Origin: Chamaesiphon sp.
GTDB lineage: Bacteria; Cyanobacteriota; Cyanobacteriia; Cyanobacteriales; Chamaesiphonaceae
NCBI GenBank assembly: GCA_965246715.1
Contig: CBDFFH010000022.1
Location: 32,001-96,000, forward strand
DNA length: 64,000 nt
Reading direction: 5' to 3'
The position numbers were made by a program, and so were the translations under genes. Under the pieces are notes generated by a model, which was given only the letters and a program-made list of their open reading frames with translations, had not been told where the DNA came from and did no database searches. This document shows positions 31,614 to 43,265 of this stretch, in pieces. The number at the start of each line of letters is the position of its first letter. Position 1 is the stretch's first letter.

Positions 31614-32519
31614 ATGAAGCTCAATCTAAGTGTTATCATTTGTACTCATAATCCCAAACCTGAATATATCACAAGAGTAGTAACCGCTCTAAAATCTCAG
31701 ACTTTGTCTTTAGAGCAATGGGAGTTACTTCTGATTGATAATGCGAGTGATGAGCCACTGTATGATTGGATTAGTTTATTCTGGCATCCCAATGCTCGTC
31801 ACATTCGAGAAGATCGACTGGGACTGACTCCAGCTCGGCTAAGAGGAATTCAAGAATCTCAGAGTGAAATTTTAGTTTTTGTGGATGATGACAATGTTTT
31901 GAATGCAGATTACCTAGAAATCGCCTTACAAATCAGTAGTCAATGGACAATTCTGGGAGCTTGGGGTGGACAAATTTTACCTGAATTTGAAGAACACCCC
32001 CCAGAGTGGACAAAACCCTTTTGGGGTAACTTGGCAATTCGAGAGTTCGCTCTAGATAAATGGTCTAATTTAGTAGATGGAGATGACACTAAGCCTTGGG
32101 GCGCTGGTTTGTGTGTTCGTAAGGTTGTCGGACAGAAGTATGCCGAATCAATTGAAAAAGATCCCAATCGCGTTAAGTTAGATCGTAAAGGTAAATCACT
32201 TTTGGCCGGAGGAGATAAAGACTTGGTATTAACTGCTTGTGATATAGGCCTGGGTACTGGACTATTTACAGCATTAAAATTGACCCATATTATTCCCGCC
32301 AATCGGTTGCAAGAAGACTATCTTTTGATGCTGATAGAAGGTCTAACTTACTCTTCAATAATTTTAGACACTTTTCGAGGCAAAATTGCACCAAGCTATT
32401 CTTGGAAGGCAAAAATATTAAATCATGTTCGACGATGGTTTTTATCTCGAAGAGAACGTCGATTTAGGGATGCACATTTCAGAGGAATAAATTTAGCAAT
32501 TCAAGAAATAAATAAATGA
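31614..32519 (+). CDS. Family 2 glycosyltransferase
   Basis: SVIICTHN, DNAS, FVDDD. Confidence 0.9.
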   Translation: MKLNLSVIICTHNPKPEYITRVVTALKSQTLSLEQWELLLIDNASDEPLYDWISLFWHPNARHIREDRLGLTPARLRGIQESQSEILVFVDDDNVLNADYLEIALQISSQWTILGAWGGQILPEFEEHPPEWTKPFWGNLAIREFALDKWSNLVDGDDTKPWGAGLCVRKVVGQKYAESIEKDPNRVKLDRKGKSLLAGGDKDLVLTACDIGLGTGLFTALKLTHIIPANRLQEDYLLMLIEGLTYSSIILDTFRGKIAPSYSWKAKILNHVRRWFLSRRERRFRDAHFRGINLAIQEINK

Positions 32520-34306
32520 TCGGATTAATATCTAAGCTTTTGTACATTACAAGAAATCGGCACAAACAGTTAGTTTTAATGATTTGTGTCTTCCTGTTTA
32601 TTTCTATTTTAGAAATTTTCGGAACTGGAATTATCGGTCCTTTTATCGCAATTGCAACTAATCCAGATTTAATAAATAGTAATCTCTGGTTGAATATAAT
32701 TTACACAAAATTAAATTTCAATTCGAGAGAGCAATTCTTGCTTATGCTAGGCTTAGTAGTAATTGTAGCTTTCTGTGTAAAATCATTTTTGAGTTTTTGC
32801 GCTCAAAAAGCAATTTTTCAATTCGGATATAACTTAAAAGGTGAGCTGTCTTGTAAGTTAATGAAAGCTTATTTATCAGCGCCATATAGTTTTCATTTGA
32901 ATATTAATTCTTCATCACTAATTCACGATATCACAGCAACTACGGACAATGTCTGTATCGGTGTCATTATGGCTATGTTGACATCAATCTCCAATGCCCT
33001 AGTTTCAGTAGCATTAATGCTACTGTTAGTTAAAACTAACGTCATCGCATTGATTCTTATTACGATGCTCTTACTCGTGATGCTGGGTCTGGTCAAATGG
33101 ATGAAACAGCGATTAACTCGATGGAGTAAAGATGGATGGCAATCTGCGGGCGAAATGATTCGTATTCTCCACCATAGTTTGGGTGGATTGAAAGAGGTTC
33201 GAGTCATTGGTTGTGAATCTTATTTCCAACAGCAAATGGAGGAACAATCAAAAAAATTTGCTGTAAATACAAGTCTACTCCAGAGCTATGGAAATTTACC
33301 TCGTTATGCACTTGAAGTATTTACTATCGCATTTTTGGTTGTTTTTGCAATCTTATTTATTTATATAGATCGAGAAAAACAAAATCTCAGTGCTGTTTTG
33401 GGGATTTTTGCCCTGGCATCTCTCCGCTTACTGCCAGCAACTGGAAATTTAGTTTCAGCAGTAAATATTATTAGATCCAATACTTTTGCAGTAGATAAAT
33501 TATATTTCGACATCCAGAACCTAGAAAAAGAACATCTCATTAATAATGATGGCTATAAAGAGCGAACAAACGAGCAAAAGCTCGCTACAAAATTAGAGCT
33601 AATGCCTTTCAAGCGTTACATCTCGATTGAAAATCTTATTTTTGCATATCCCAATGCTCAGCAAAAAGCCTTAGATGATATTTCATTAACAATTAAAAAA
33701 GGTCAATCTATCGGTATCATTGGTAAGTCTGGATCTGGCAAAACGACACTAGTAGATGTCATTTTAGGCTTGTTTTATCCACAATATGGAGATATCAAAG
33801 TTGATGGGGTTTCAGTCTATCAAAACCTGAGAGCTTGGCAAAATATTTTAGGATATGTGCCGCAAACAATTTTCTTGATTGATGACACATTAGAGCGAAA
33901 TATCGCCTTTGGCGTTCCCGACCGTTTGATCGATCGATCCAGACTTCAAAAAGCGATCGAGATGTCTCAGTTAACAGATGTCGTCGAACAATTACCCAAT
34001 GGCATTCATACTATGGTTGGCGAACGAGGCATCCTGCTATCTGGAGGACAACGGCAAAGAGTAGGAATTGCGCGCGTACTGTACCATCAGCGAGAAATTC
34101 TCGTTTTTGATGAAGCTACAGCAGCATTAGATAATGAAACAGAACATCTAGTCACAGAGGCAACGAAAGCGTTGAGTGGTAACAATACGATTATCATCAT
34201 CGCACATCGACTCTCGACGATCGAACATTGCGATTGTATTTACCAAATCGAGCGAGGGAACGTAATTAGATCGGGAAGTTATCAGGAAGTTATTCTTGGC
34301 AGTTGA
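32516..34306 (+). CDS. ABC transporter, fused permease/ATPase (HepA/PglK-like glycan flippase)
   Basis: N-terminal TM domain, GKSGSGKT, LSGGQRQR, DEAT. Confidence 0.9.
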   Translation: MIGLISKLLYITRNRHKQLVLMICVFLFISILEIFGTGIIGPFIAIATNPDLINSNLWLNIIYTKLNFNSREQFLLMLGLVVIVAFCVKSFLSFCAQKAIFQFGYNLKGELSCKLMKAYLSAPYSFHLNINSSSLIHDITATTDNVCIGVIMAMLTSISNALVSVALMLLLVKTNVIALILITMLLLVMLGLVKWMKQRLTRWSKDGWQSAGEMIRILHHSLGGLKEVRVIGCESYFQQQMEEQSKKFAVNTSLLQSYGNLPRYALEVFTIAFLVVFAILFIYIDREKQNLSAVLGIFALASLRLLPATGNLVSAVNIIRSNTFAVDKLYFDIQNLEKEHLINNDGYKERTNEQKLATKLELMPFKRYISIENLIFAYPNAQQKALDDISLTIKKGQSIGIIGKSGSGKTTLVDVILGLFYPQYGDIKVDGVSVYQNLRAWQNILGYVPQTIFLIDDTLERNIAFGVPDRLIDRSRLQKAIEMSQLTDVVEQLPNGIHTMVGERGILLSGGQRQRVGIARVLYHQREILVFDEATAALDNETEHLVTEATKALSGNNTIIIIAHRLSTIEHCDCIYQIERGNVIRSGSYQEVILGS

Positions 34307-34352
34307 TCGATTAAAATTAAATATTAAACAACATAATTTAAATGAAATACTT

Positions 34353-35510
34353 GTGAAAATTGCTTACGTAACAACTTTCAATGCACGAGATTTGAACAGC
34401 TCTGATAACTGGGCTGGTACTGGCTATTACATTCCCAGATCGCTCGAACAGCAGTCACTATCATTAGAGTATATCGGTTCTCTCAAACAAAATTTAGACT
34501 CGCAGATAATCTGTAAATTCAAAAAATACTATCACGAAATATTTTCACCTGGAAAATATTTAAAACCCTTAGATCCACTAATTTTAAAAAATTACGCCAA
34601 TCGAGTCGAATGCGAGTTAAAAAAAGCAGAAGTAGATGTAGTGTTCAGTGCCACTATCGCACCAATTTCTCAGCTAGAATGTAAACAACCAATTGTATTT
34701 TGGGCTGATGCCACCTTTGAAAACCTGCTGGATTTTTACCCTCAGTTTACAGATCTTTGTGAAGAAAGCATTCAACACGGTCACTTAATGGAGAAATTAG
34801 CGCTAGACAAATGTAAATTAGCAATTTACGCATCCGATTGGGCGGCTCAGTCAGCAATTAACTATTATCAAGCAGATCCATCAAAAGTCAAGGTAGTACC
34901 TTTTGGCGCCAACATAGAACAGCACCGGACTTTTGATGAAATCAAGGAGGCGATCGATTCTCGTCCGGCTAACAAGTGTAAGCTCCTGTTTATTGGTTAT
35001 GACTGGGTGCGAAAAGGTGGCGATATTGCTGTCGCGTTGACCAAAACATTAAATGATATTGGTCTAGAGACAGAATTAACAGCTATCGGCTGTTCTCCAC
35101 ACATAGATGCAGCTGTAGTTCCATATGTCAAAACACTCGGTATAATTAGCAAATCGACGGCATCAGGTAGAGCTGAACTAGATCGATTACTGACAGAATC
35201 TCATTTTCTGATTATGCCATCGCAAGCTGAATGCTATGGGATTGTTTTTTGCGAAGCTGGCTCTTTTGGCGTACCTTGCCTATCAGCCAAAGTTGGCGGT
35301 ATTCCCACAGTCATTAAAGATAATATTAATGGAAAACTTTTCGATACAGGTGAAGGGATAGCTGAATATCGTGACTACGTTCTTAAATTATTTTCTAATT
35401 ATGAAGAGTACAACGAGTTAGCTATTTCTAGTTTTAATGAATATCAATCTCGGCTCAATTGGTTGGTAGCAGGTAGTACGGTTAAAGACTTATTACAAAC
35501 GATAGTTTGA
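34353..35510 (+). CDS. Family 4 glycosyltransferase
   Basis: RKGG, ECYGIVFCEA; probable GTG start. Confidence 0.88.
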   Translation: MKIAYVTTFNARDLNSSDNWAGTGYYIPRSLEQQSLSLEYIGSLKQNLDSQIICKFKKYYHEIFSPGKYLKPLDPLILKNYANRVECELKKAEVDVVFSATIAPISQLECKQPIVFWADATFENLLDFYPQFTDLCEESIQHGHLMEKLALDKCKLAIYASDWAAQSAINYYQADPSKVKVVPFGANIEQHRTFDEIKEAIDSRPANKCKLLFIGYDWVRKGGDIAVALTKTLNDIGLETELTAIGCSPHIDAAVVPYVKTLGIISKSTASGRAELDRLLTESHFLIMPSQAECYGIVFCEAGSFGVPCLSAKVGGIPTVIKDNINGKLFDTGEGIAEYRDYVLKLFSNYEEYNELAISSFNEYQSRLNWLVAGSTVKDLLQTIV

Positions 35511-36646
35511 ATTTGGAGAATCCGATCGTGTTTGATTATCTGATTGTTGGGGCTGGGTTTGCTGGGAGCGTTTTAGCAGAACGGTTGACAAGTCAATTAA
35601 ACAAAAAAGTATTAATTGTCGATCGTCGCAACCATATCGGCGGCAATGCTTACGATCGATACAACAATGATGGCGTGCTAATTCATAAATACGGCCCGCA
35701 TATTTTTCATACAAATTCTCGCGATGTCTTTGAGTATTTATCGCTATTTACCGAGTGGCGACACTACGAGCACCGCGTCCTGGCTAGTGTAGACGGTCAG
35801 CTCGTACCGATTCCGATTAACTTAAATACGATCAATCAACTCTATGGACTGAATCTAACAGCATTCGAGGTAGAAGAGTTTTTGGCATCGGTTGCCGAAC
35901 CGCGAGACAAAATTTTGACCTCAGAGGACGTGGTAGTTAGTAAAGTCGGACAAGAATTATATAAAAAGTTTTTCCGCAACTATACACGCAAACAATGGGG
36001 CATAGATCCCTCAGAACTCGATCGATCTGTCACTGCACGCGTTCCCACCCGTATCAATCGCGACGATCGTTATTTTACCGATACATATCAGTCAATGCCT
36101 CTACATGGCTTTACGCCTATGTTTGAGAATATGCTCGCACACCCGAATATCAAGGTGATGCTCAACACTGATTATCGAGAAATTCAACAGGTCATTCCTT
36201 ATCAAGAAATGATTTATACCGGGCCAGTAGATGACTTTTTCGATTATCGCTTTGGAAAGTTGCCCTATCGATCGCTCGAATTCAAACACGAAACTCACGA
36301 TCGACCTGTCTTCCAATCTGCACCCGTGATTAATTATCCCAACGAGCATCTCTATACTCGCGTCACTGAGTTTAAATACCTGACCGGACAGCATCATCAC
36401 AAAACCAGCATTGTTTACGAGTTTCCTCAAGCTGAAGGCGATCCTTACTATCCAATTCCGCGTCTGGAAAATGCGGAACTTTACAAACAGTATAAAGAAC
36501 TTGCCGATGCCACTCCTGATGTACATTTCGTCGGCAGACTGGCGACTTATAAATATTACAACATGGATCAAGTTGTAGCTCAAGCCTTAATGACATTCGA
36601 TAAAATTAGCACTAGGGAGGCATTAGAAATGGCAATAACTAGTTAA
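35507..36646 (+). CDS. glf: UDP-galactopyranose mutase
   Basis: GAGFAG, HIGGN, YGPHIFHT, PYYP, GRLATYKYYNMDQ. Confidence 0.97.
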   Translation: MNLENPIVFDYLIVGAGFAGSVLAERLTSQLNKKVLIVDRRNHIGGNAYDRYNNDGVLIHKYGPHIFHTNSRDVFEYLSLFTEWRHYEHRVLASVDGQLVPIPINLNTINQLYGLNLTAFEVEEFLASVAEPRDKILTSEDVVVSKVGQELYKKFFRNYTRKQWGIDPSELDRSVTARVPTRINRDDRYFTDTYQSMPLHGFTPMFENMLAHPNIKVMLNTDYREIQQVIPYQEMIYTGPVDDFFDYRFGKLPYRSLEFKHETHDRPVFQSAPVINYPNEHLYTRVTEFKYLTGQHHHKTSIVYEFPQAEGDPYYPIPRLENAELYKQYKELADATPDVHFVGRLATYKYYNMDQVVAQALMTFDKISTREALEMAITS

Positions 36647-36772
36647 TTAATTTGCAATAAATTTAGAGGCGAAACCAGCATGACTAATAATTTTTACTCT
36701 AGTAATCGACAAAGTAATTAAATCGATAAATTACCTTGACATTTATATAGAATTTAGAACCAGAGCGAACTT

Positions 36773-37654
36773 ATGAATGATTCATTGCCAGCAGTTTCAA
36801 TTATCATGCCAGCCTACAAGCGCATCGATTATCTCAAGGAAGCGATCGAGAGTGCGCTGGTGCAAACTTTTACCAATTTTGAGATCGTTATTTGCGATGA
36901 TAGTGCCGAACCAAAAATCGCCGCTCTTTGTCGTAGCTATGGAGACTCGCGGATTACTTATCGAGCCAATCCCCAAAATTTGGGAATTGCCATGAATAAT
37001 TTTAGTGGCTTTCAATCAGCTCGCGCCGATTTGCTAACTAAACTAGATGATGACGATCGCTGGTTACCAGATTTTTTAGAAAAATTAGTGCCAGTAATGT
37101 TATCAAATTCAAACATTTGCTTGGCTTTTAGCGATCACTGGCTGATGGATAGTAATGGCGATCGAATGTTGGCAAAAACCGAAGAGCAAACAACTAGATT
37201 TGGTAGAAGTCAGCTTGGGCGAGGCTTGGTCGAACGACCGCAACAGTTAATTTTCCAGAAATCGATTCCGCTTGCCTCATCAGCAGTTTTTCGGAAATCA
37301 GCGATTGATTGGTCAGTGTATTCGGATCGGATAGGCGGTGCCTATGATTTCTTCCTAAGTTCTTGCCTGGTCGGTAGTGGGATGGATGTTTTTTATGAGC
37401 CAGAACGTTTGACTGAATATCGGATTCATTGTGGTAGCGGCACTTCAACTCGCGGCCTGCAAAATGCGCTAGAGACATTATTCGTATCGGAACATATTTA
37501 CCAAAGTCCTTTTTTCACTGAGATTGTAGCTGATTATCAAAAAATCTGTGCTTATAACTGTAAATGGGCTGGCAATCAATTTTTTAAACAAGGAAAAGCA
37601 CTGTCAGCTCTTTACTATTATAGTCAAGCATTAAAATATCGATTTTTAGGATAA
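36773..37654 (+). CDS. Family 2 glycosyltransferase
   Basis: SIIMPAY, DDS, LDDDD. Confidence 0.9.
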   Translation: MNDSLPAVSIIMPAYKRIDYLKEAIESALVQTFTNFEIVICDDSAEPKIAALCRSYGDSRITYRANPQNLGIAMNNFSGFQSARADLLTKLDDDDRWLPDFLEKLVPVMLSNSNICLAFSDHWLMDSNGDRMLAKTEEQTTRFGRSQLGRGLVERPQQLIFQKSIPLASSAVFRKSAIDWSVYSDRIGGAYDFFLSSCLVGSGMDVFYEPERLTEYRIHCGSGTSTRGLQNALETLFVSEHIYQSPFFTEIVADYQKICAYNCKWAGNQFFKQGKALSALYYYSQALKYRFLG

Positions 37655-37693
37655 AGAAAATAGTTTTAGATCGAGCCGCAAGCTATTTTGAGT

Positions 37694-38749
37694 ATGAATA
37701 ATATGTTGGTTAGCATCATTATTAATAATTACAACTACGATCGTTTCCTGACAGAGTCAATTGATAGTGCTGTCAATCAAACTTATCCTCATACCGAAGT
37801 TATCGTTGTGGATGACGGATCTACAGATAGATCCCGTGAGATCATCGCTGGATATGGAGATCGGATTTGTGCGATTCTCCAAGCAAACGGCAAACAAGCA
37901 GCCGCTTTTAACAGTGGATTTGCCCGCAGCAAAGGCGAGATTGTTATCTTCTTGGATTCAGATGATTTTTTGTTGCCACAGGCAGTCGAGCAAATTGTCT
38001 CGGTTTGGAATCCCGCTCTTGCCAAAGTTCATTATCGCCTGACTGTTGTAGGTGCTAGTGGTCAGTCACTCGGCTATTCTGTTCCTCAAGGCGGTCAATT
38101 ATTATCAACAGGAGAAGTCTGGCGAATATTGTTGGAGTTTGGGGGGTATGCAAGTACTCCCACTAGTGGAAACGCACTCAATCGAAAGGCAATAGAGCCA
38201 ATTTTTCCGATTCCTGATGCCTATAAATTGACCGCAGATGATTATTTATCTACCCTGATTCCCTTTTATGGGAAAATTGCTGCGATTGAAGAGCCATTGG
38301 GCATTTATCGTATTCATGACAGCAATCAATGGGCACTGGCGACCGTCACGGGCGAACGGTTCGCGCGGTTCGTCCGCCACGATCTCCAAAATTATGCCCT
38401 GCTCGAACAAAAAGCCCAAGAATTGGGACATCAAATCCCCCTAGACTTGGAACAACGATCGATCGGTCGGATCTGGTCGCGGATTATCTCACTCAGACTC
38501 GATCCCGACCATCATCCAGTTAAATCGGATCGGACATTGGTTTTGATGTATCGGGGCATCCGATCGTTGTGGAAATATTCCATATTCAACTGGCAAAAAT
38601 GTCTCATCTACAGTATTTGGTTTGTTTGGGTGGGATTAATGCCATTAACTTTGGCACGTCCAGCAATGACATGGTTGTACGCTCCCCAATTTCGACCCAA
38701 AGGGATCGATTGGACTATCGAAAAAATTCGTACTTTAGTGAGTAGTTGA
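37694..38749 (+). CDS. Family 2 glycosyltransferase
   Basis: IINNYNY, VDDGSTD, FLDSDD. Confidence 0.9.
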   Translation: MNNMLVSIIINNYNYDRFLTESIDSAVNQTYPHTEVIVVDDGSTDRSREIIAGYGDRICAILQANGKQAAAFNSGFARSKGEIVIFLDSDDFLLPQAVEQIVSVWNPALAKVHYRLTVVGASGQSLGYSVPQGGQLLSTGEVWRILLEFGGYASTPTSGNALNRKAIEPIFPIPDAYKLTADDYLSTLIPFYGKIAAIEEPLGIYRIHDSNQWALATVTGERFARFVRHDLQNYALLEQKAQELGHQIPLDLEQRSIGRIWSRIISLRLDPDHHPVKSDRTLVLMYRGIRSLWKYSIFNWQKCLIYSIWFVWVGLMPLTLARPAMTWLYAPQFRPKGIDWTIEKIRTLVSS

Positions 38750-38759
38750 GGAAGAAAAA

Positions 38760-39944
38760 ATGAACGCTGTAGATAAATCCGTGCAAACCGAACGACTGCT
38801 AGCCCATGCAGGTCAGAAATTGAGGGTATTGTTTGTCAGTCATGCCTATGTTGTGGGTATCAATCAGGGTAAACTAGACGCGATCGCCGCAACCGATCGA
38901 GTCGATGTCGGTTTGCTAGTGCCCAACAACTGGCAGGCGGCAGAGTGGAATCGCCAGATGCCTGTCGAGACACCTTATCCCCGCATTCAAGTCTATCAAG
39001 CTCCTGCGATCGGCAGCGGACGCGGTGGAGCTTATTTCTATACACCTTGGGTACTGGGACAGGTAGTGAGAGAATTTCAACCCGATATCATTCAAGTAGA
39101 AGCAGAAGTATTCTCCCTAGTAGCTTTTCAACTAGCCATCTGGAGCAGAATAACAGGGACGCCACTCATTGTTTTTGGGTGGGAAAATATCGAACGCCAG
39201 TTACCCAGGCTGCGCCAGTTGACCTGTCAGTTTGTGCTAAATACCGCTCGCGCGCTCATTCCTGGCAATCAGGATGGAGCAAACATCTTACGTCAGTGGG
39301 GCTATCGCGGGCTACTGGAAGTAATGCCCCAAATGGGTGTCGATACTCAGTTTTTTGCCCCTCAACCCCGAGATCGGCAATCTGAATTTAATATTGGCTT
39401 CTTAGGTCGTTTAGTGCCTGAAAAAGGTGTCGATACCCTATTTGCCGCCGCACGATACCTAAAGGAACGAGGATTAACCTTCCGGATTACTGTTTGTGGT
39501 TCGGGAAGTGCTAATGAAGCTCTAAAACAGGCAGCAGAAGTTGAGCAGATTGCTGACCGAATTACCTGGGAAAAAGCCATTCGACATCAACAAGCCCCTG
39601 AAGCGATTAGCAAATTTGACGTGCTGGTGCTTCCCTCTCGATCGACTTCCAACTGGAGGGAGCAATTTGGTCATGTGCTAATTGAAGCAATGGCCATGGG
39701 AGTGCCGGTTATTGGTTCTGATTGTGGGGAGATCCCTAACGTTATTGGTAGATCGGATCTCATCTTTAAGGAGGAAGATGCTAAGGGACTAACGGCAATA
39801 TTAGAGCGAATGATTCGCGAACCAGGCTGGAATCAACACGTAGGATCCTATTGTTTACTGCGTGCACGTCAATACTATTCACATGAAAAAATCGCAGAAA
39901 GATCGATAGGACTGTGGCAAAAACTAATATCGACACATTGCTAA
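38760..39944 (+). CDS. Family 4 glycosyltransferase
   Basis: GRLVPEKG, EQFGHVLIEAMA. Confidence 0.9.
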   Translation: MNAVDKSVQTERLLAHAGQKLRVLFVSHAYVVGINQGKLDAIAATDRVDVGLLVPNNWQAAEWNRQMPVETPYPRIQVYQAPAIGSGRGGAYFYTPWVLGQVVREFQPDIIQVEAEVFSLVAFQLAIWSRITGTPLIVFGWENIERQLPRLRQLTCQFVLNTARALIPGNQDGANILRQWGYRGLLEVMPQMGVDTQFFAPQPRDRQSEFNIGFLGRLVPEKGVDTLFAAARYLKERGLTFRITVCGSGSANEALKQAAEVEQIADRITWEKAIRHQQAPEAISKFDVLVLPSRSTSNWREQFGHVLIEAMAMGVPVIGSDCGEIPNVIGRSDLIFKEEDAKGLTAILERMIREPGWNQHVGSYCLLRARQYYSHEKIAERSIGLWQKLISTHC

Positions 39945-39971
39945 AAACTAAGAAATAATACAAAAACGACA

Positions 39972-41090
39972 ATGCAATACTCTCTACCTTTATACTTAAA
40001 AGAAAAATTGAAATCTCTGTTGCTAAATTCTTCTTCTGCATTTTGTGTTTCTCTTGATAAAAATGAGACGAGATTACTTCCATTTTTAGATCAGCTTTAT
40101 AAAACAGATTCTTTTAAACTAGACTCACTAAAAATTAATGAGGAGAAAATATCATTTGGGTCGGAAATTACTTATCCTGATTCAATTCTTTTTGAAATAT
40201 CAGCATTGAATCGCCGAAACTTATCTATCTTGCCTTCTGGCGGTATTTGTATTGAAAATGAAATTATCAACACTGGATTTCAGCAATATTACAATATATT
40301 TGGATACCTTCAAGGGTATCTCAAAAACAAAAATAAAATATCTGGCACAATCATAGCAAACTGGCCACAACGATTTCTTACATATGGAGATTTTGTTTTA
40401 CAGCTATTACCAGAATTATGCCTCATAAAATCAATAATTACACATGATGAATGGTTAAATGCAAAATTTGTTTTACCTAATCCACCTAGGTTTATGTTTG
40501 AATACTTGAAGCTAATCGGTTGTAACGAGAACCAATTAATAGATTCAAAAAAATCTTGTTTTCGTGTGGTGTCTAATTCCAAACTTTATTTTCGCGAAAA
40601 GGACATAATGTGGTTTCTTTGCGCACCGCCTCAATTAATTGATATTACCCGAAACTATTTTATACCTTTTGAAATTAGGCCAAGTGAAAAAATTATTTTT
40701 GTTGAGCGTCTTCGTGGCTATCGAAAGGCGGTGGGGCTTACCGAAAATGTGAGAGAGAGATTGAGAGAAATTGGAGTCGATTTTTTCGATGCTGCGCGCG
40801 CTTCTATAAAAACACAAATCGAAACCTTTGCAAGTGCCAAAATAGTTATTGGCATACATGGTGCTGGTATGGCTAACACTATGTGGTGCCAAAAAGGTAC
40901 TAAAATTGTCGAATTTTTTCATCCTAGTTTTGCTCCATGGTGTTATGCCATATTGGCAAATCAACTGGGGCTAGATTATTATTGTGTTGGAGGACAACTG
41001 GGTTATATGGACATCAATTTTCGAGAGTCGGATATAAATGTTGACTGGAGTTACCTACTTAAACTAATCGAGAGATTAAAAAAGGAATAA
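39972..41090 (+). CDS. GT61/DUF563 family glycosyltransferase
   Basis: QIETF..A..VIGIHGAGMAN; AT-rich gene. Confidence 0.8.
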   Translation: MQYSLPLYLKEKLKSLLLNSSSAFCVSLDKNETRLLPFLDQLYKTDSFKLDSLKINEEKISFGSEITYPDSILFEISALNRRNLSILPSGGICIENEIINTGFQQYYNIFGYLQGYLKNKNKISGTIIANWPQRFLTYGDFVLQLLPELCLIKSIITHDEWLNAKFVLPNPPRFMFEYLKLIGCNENQLIDSKKSCFRVVSNSKLYFREKDIMWFLCAPPQLIDITRNYFIPFEIRPSEKIIFVERLRGYRKAVGLTENVRERLREIGVDFFDAARASIKTQIETFASAKIVIGIHGAGMANTMWCQKGTKIVEFFHPSFAPWCYAILANQLGLDYYCVGGQLGYMDINFRESDINVDWSYLLKLIERLKKE

Positions 41091-41194
41091 GACTCTGTAT
41101 CTATTTTGGCGGTCGCTGTGATTGGATTTTGATTTTAATGAGTTTTAATAATTCAAGATTAGTTAATGTTTAGCACATAAATTGGATACCAACT

Positions 41195-41908
41195 ATGGAC
41201 GATATCAGAAAAAATAAAATTAATCGATCTCTACAAAGATTGGGTATTCGATTATTAAGATCTCCATACTGTAAATTTCCATACGATCGGGAGAATTTTC
41301 TAGAATTAGATCCTAGTAAAGATTTAGTAATTTTTGATGTAGGAGCTAACATCGGGCAATCTTCAATTTGGTTTGCACTTAATTTTCCAAATGCAAAAAT
41401 ATATGCATTTGAACCATTCCCAGTCATCTTTAACCGTCTTAAAGAAAATACATCAAAAATACAATCTATTGAATCTCATCAGATAGGATTGGGAAACAAC
41501 GAAAAAACATTGGAGCTACCGAGAATTGAGAATCCGCTTTGTCAAACGGCACAGCTTGCTGAGCAAATAATTTTAGAAACTCAGCATGTAGATATTATCA
41601 CAGTTAAAACTCTAGATAAGTTTTGTTCGGATAATTTTATCGATACAATTCACATCTTAAAAACAGATACAGAAGGTTATGACATCGAAGTACTGGAGGG
41701 TGCAAAAAGCCTTTTAAACCAAGGTAAAATATTAAATATTTTGTCAGAAGCATCAATAATTTTTGATGACAAACAACACACTAATTTTTATGATTTAAAG
41801 CAGTTTCTTTCTGTTTATAATTTTGAGAATTTTTCACTATACGATCTGCATCATAATGATAAAAATGGCAGATTAGAGTATTTCAATGCCTTGTTCAAAA
41901 TAATCTAG
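41195..41908 (+). CDS. FkbM family methyltransferase
   Basis: DVGANIG, FEP, KTDTEGYD. Confidence 0.9.
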   Translation: MDDIRKNKINRSLQRLGIRLLRSPYCKFPYDRENFLELDPSKDLVIFDVGANIGQSSIWFALNFPNAKIYAFEPFPVIFNRLKENTSKIQSIESHQIGLGNNEKTLELPRIENPLCQTAQLAEQIILETQHVDIITVKTLDKFCSDNFIDTIHILKTDTEGYDIEVLEGAKSLLNQGKILNILSEASIIFDDKQHTNFYDLKQFLSVYNFENFSLYDLHHNDKNGRLEYFNALFKII

Positions 41909-42055
41909 AAATTGATACTTTGGATGGCGGTGAAGCTTGGATTCTATGAAGTAACAGCTAAAATAATTCTAACTCAATCAATCACATCTCGATTTTGGAT
42001 TATCCGCATCAGGTTGAAAACTAATATAGAAATTAACGAACGTTAGCTTAAAATA

Positions 42056-43171
42056 ATGCGCGTAGCAATCGCTCGAACAATGGCAGAATTTAGCTTGGAT
42101 ATCTACACTGACAATCTAATTGCCGGACTGAGAAAAGTTCGACCGGAATGGGAAATTATTGAATTGGCACCTCGATCGTTCGATCGAGGTAGTTCTTCTA
42201 TGTCACTACGAATTCAAAAATACTACGAACGGTTCTGGAAATATCCTCAAGCAGTCCGACAGCAGAAAGCAGATATTTATCATATTGTCGAACCCTGCGA
42301 CGGTCATATCGCTTATTGGCTCAAAAATTCTGGCAGCTCCATCCTCATCACCTGTCACGATCTGGCTAACTATTTTTTTCCTGATAATTTGCAAGGCTCG
42401 GTGCAACTACCAATCATCAGTAAATGGGCGTGGGTATATTCGGTCAACGGGATGCAGAATGCAGCCCATATTATTTCAGTGTCTACGGCCACAGCTGAGG
42501 ATACAACCGAAATCTTGAAGATCGATCCCATCCATATTACAGTCATTCCCAATGCGGTAGAAGCCATATTTCAGGCTTTACCTACAACTGAGAGTATGGT
42601 ATTTCGTCAGCAACAGGAAATTTCTGCCGAAACACTGTGCCTATTGAATGTGGGATCTAACCATCCTCGGAAGAATATCGACACGATCCTGCAAGCGATC
42701 GCGATTTTAAAAGACAAGCAACTCCCGATCTCCTTCTGGAAAGCCGGAGCTGATTTCACCGCCACACAACAGCAGTTCATCCAAGATCGAGGACTCGAAT
42801 CGATTGTCCGTCATTTCGGTAAACCCGATAAATCGACGCTCGTACGGTTATACAATGCTGCCGATATTTTAGTCGCACCATCATTGTATGAAGGTTTTGG
42901 GATTACACTATTGGAAGCTATGGCTTGTGGTACGCCAGCGATTACGTCAAACGCGTCAGCGATGCCAGAAGTCGTGGGCGATGCTGGCGTTTTAGTCGCA
43001 CCCACCAGTGCTGATGAAATAGCTGCCGCTGCCATCCGGCTTTACCACGAACCACAATTTTATCAACAACTAGTCAAGCGCGGTTTGGAACGAGTCAAAA
43101 CATTTACCTGGGAAAGTAACGCCGAGCTGGTAGCTCAAGTCTACGAGCGGACGATCGCGACTAAGAGGTGA
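42056..43171 (+). CDS. Family 4 glycosyltransferase
   Basis: PRKN, PSLYEGFG..LEAMACG. Confidence 0.9.
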   Translation: MRVAIARTMAEFSLDIYTDNLIAGLRKVRPEWEIIELAPRSFDRGSSSMSLRIQKYYERFWKYPQAVRQQKADIYHIVEPCDGHIAYWLKNSGSSILITCHDLANYFFPDNLQGSVQLPIISKWAWVYSVNGMQNAAHIISVSTATAEDTTEILKIDPIHITVIPNAVEAIFQALPTTESMVFRQQQEISAETLCLLNVGSNHPRKNIDTILQAIAILKDKQLPISFWKAGADFTATQQQFIQDRGLESIVRHFGKPDKSTLVRLYNAADILVAPSLYEGFGITLLEAMACGTPAITSNASAMPEVVGDAGVLVAPTSADEIAAAAIRLYHEPQFYQQLVKRGLERVKTFTWESNAELVAQVYERTIATKR

Positions 43172-43265
43172 GGGAATGTTGGGAGTACAGGAGAAAGGGG
43201 CAAAGGTGAAAAAGGAAATTATCCACTATCAACTATTCATCCACTATTCACTATCCACAAAACCA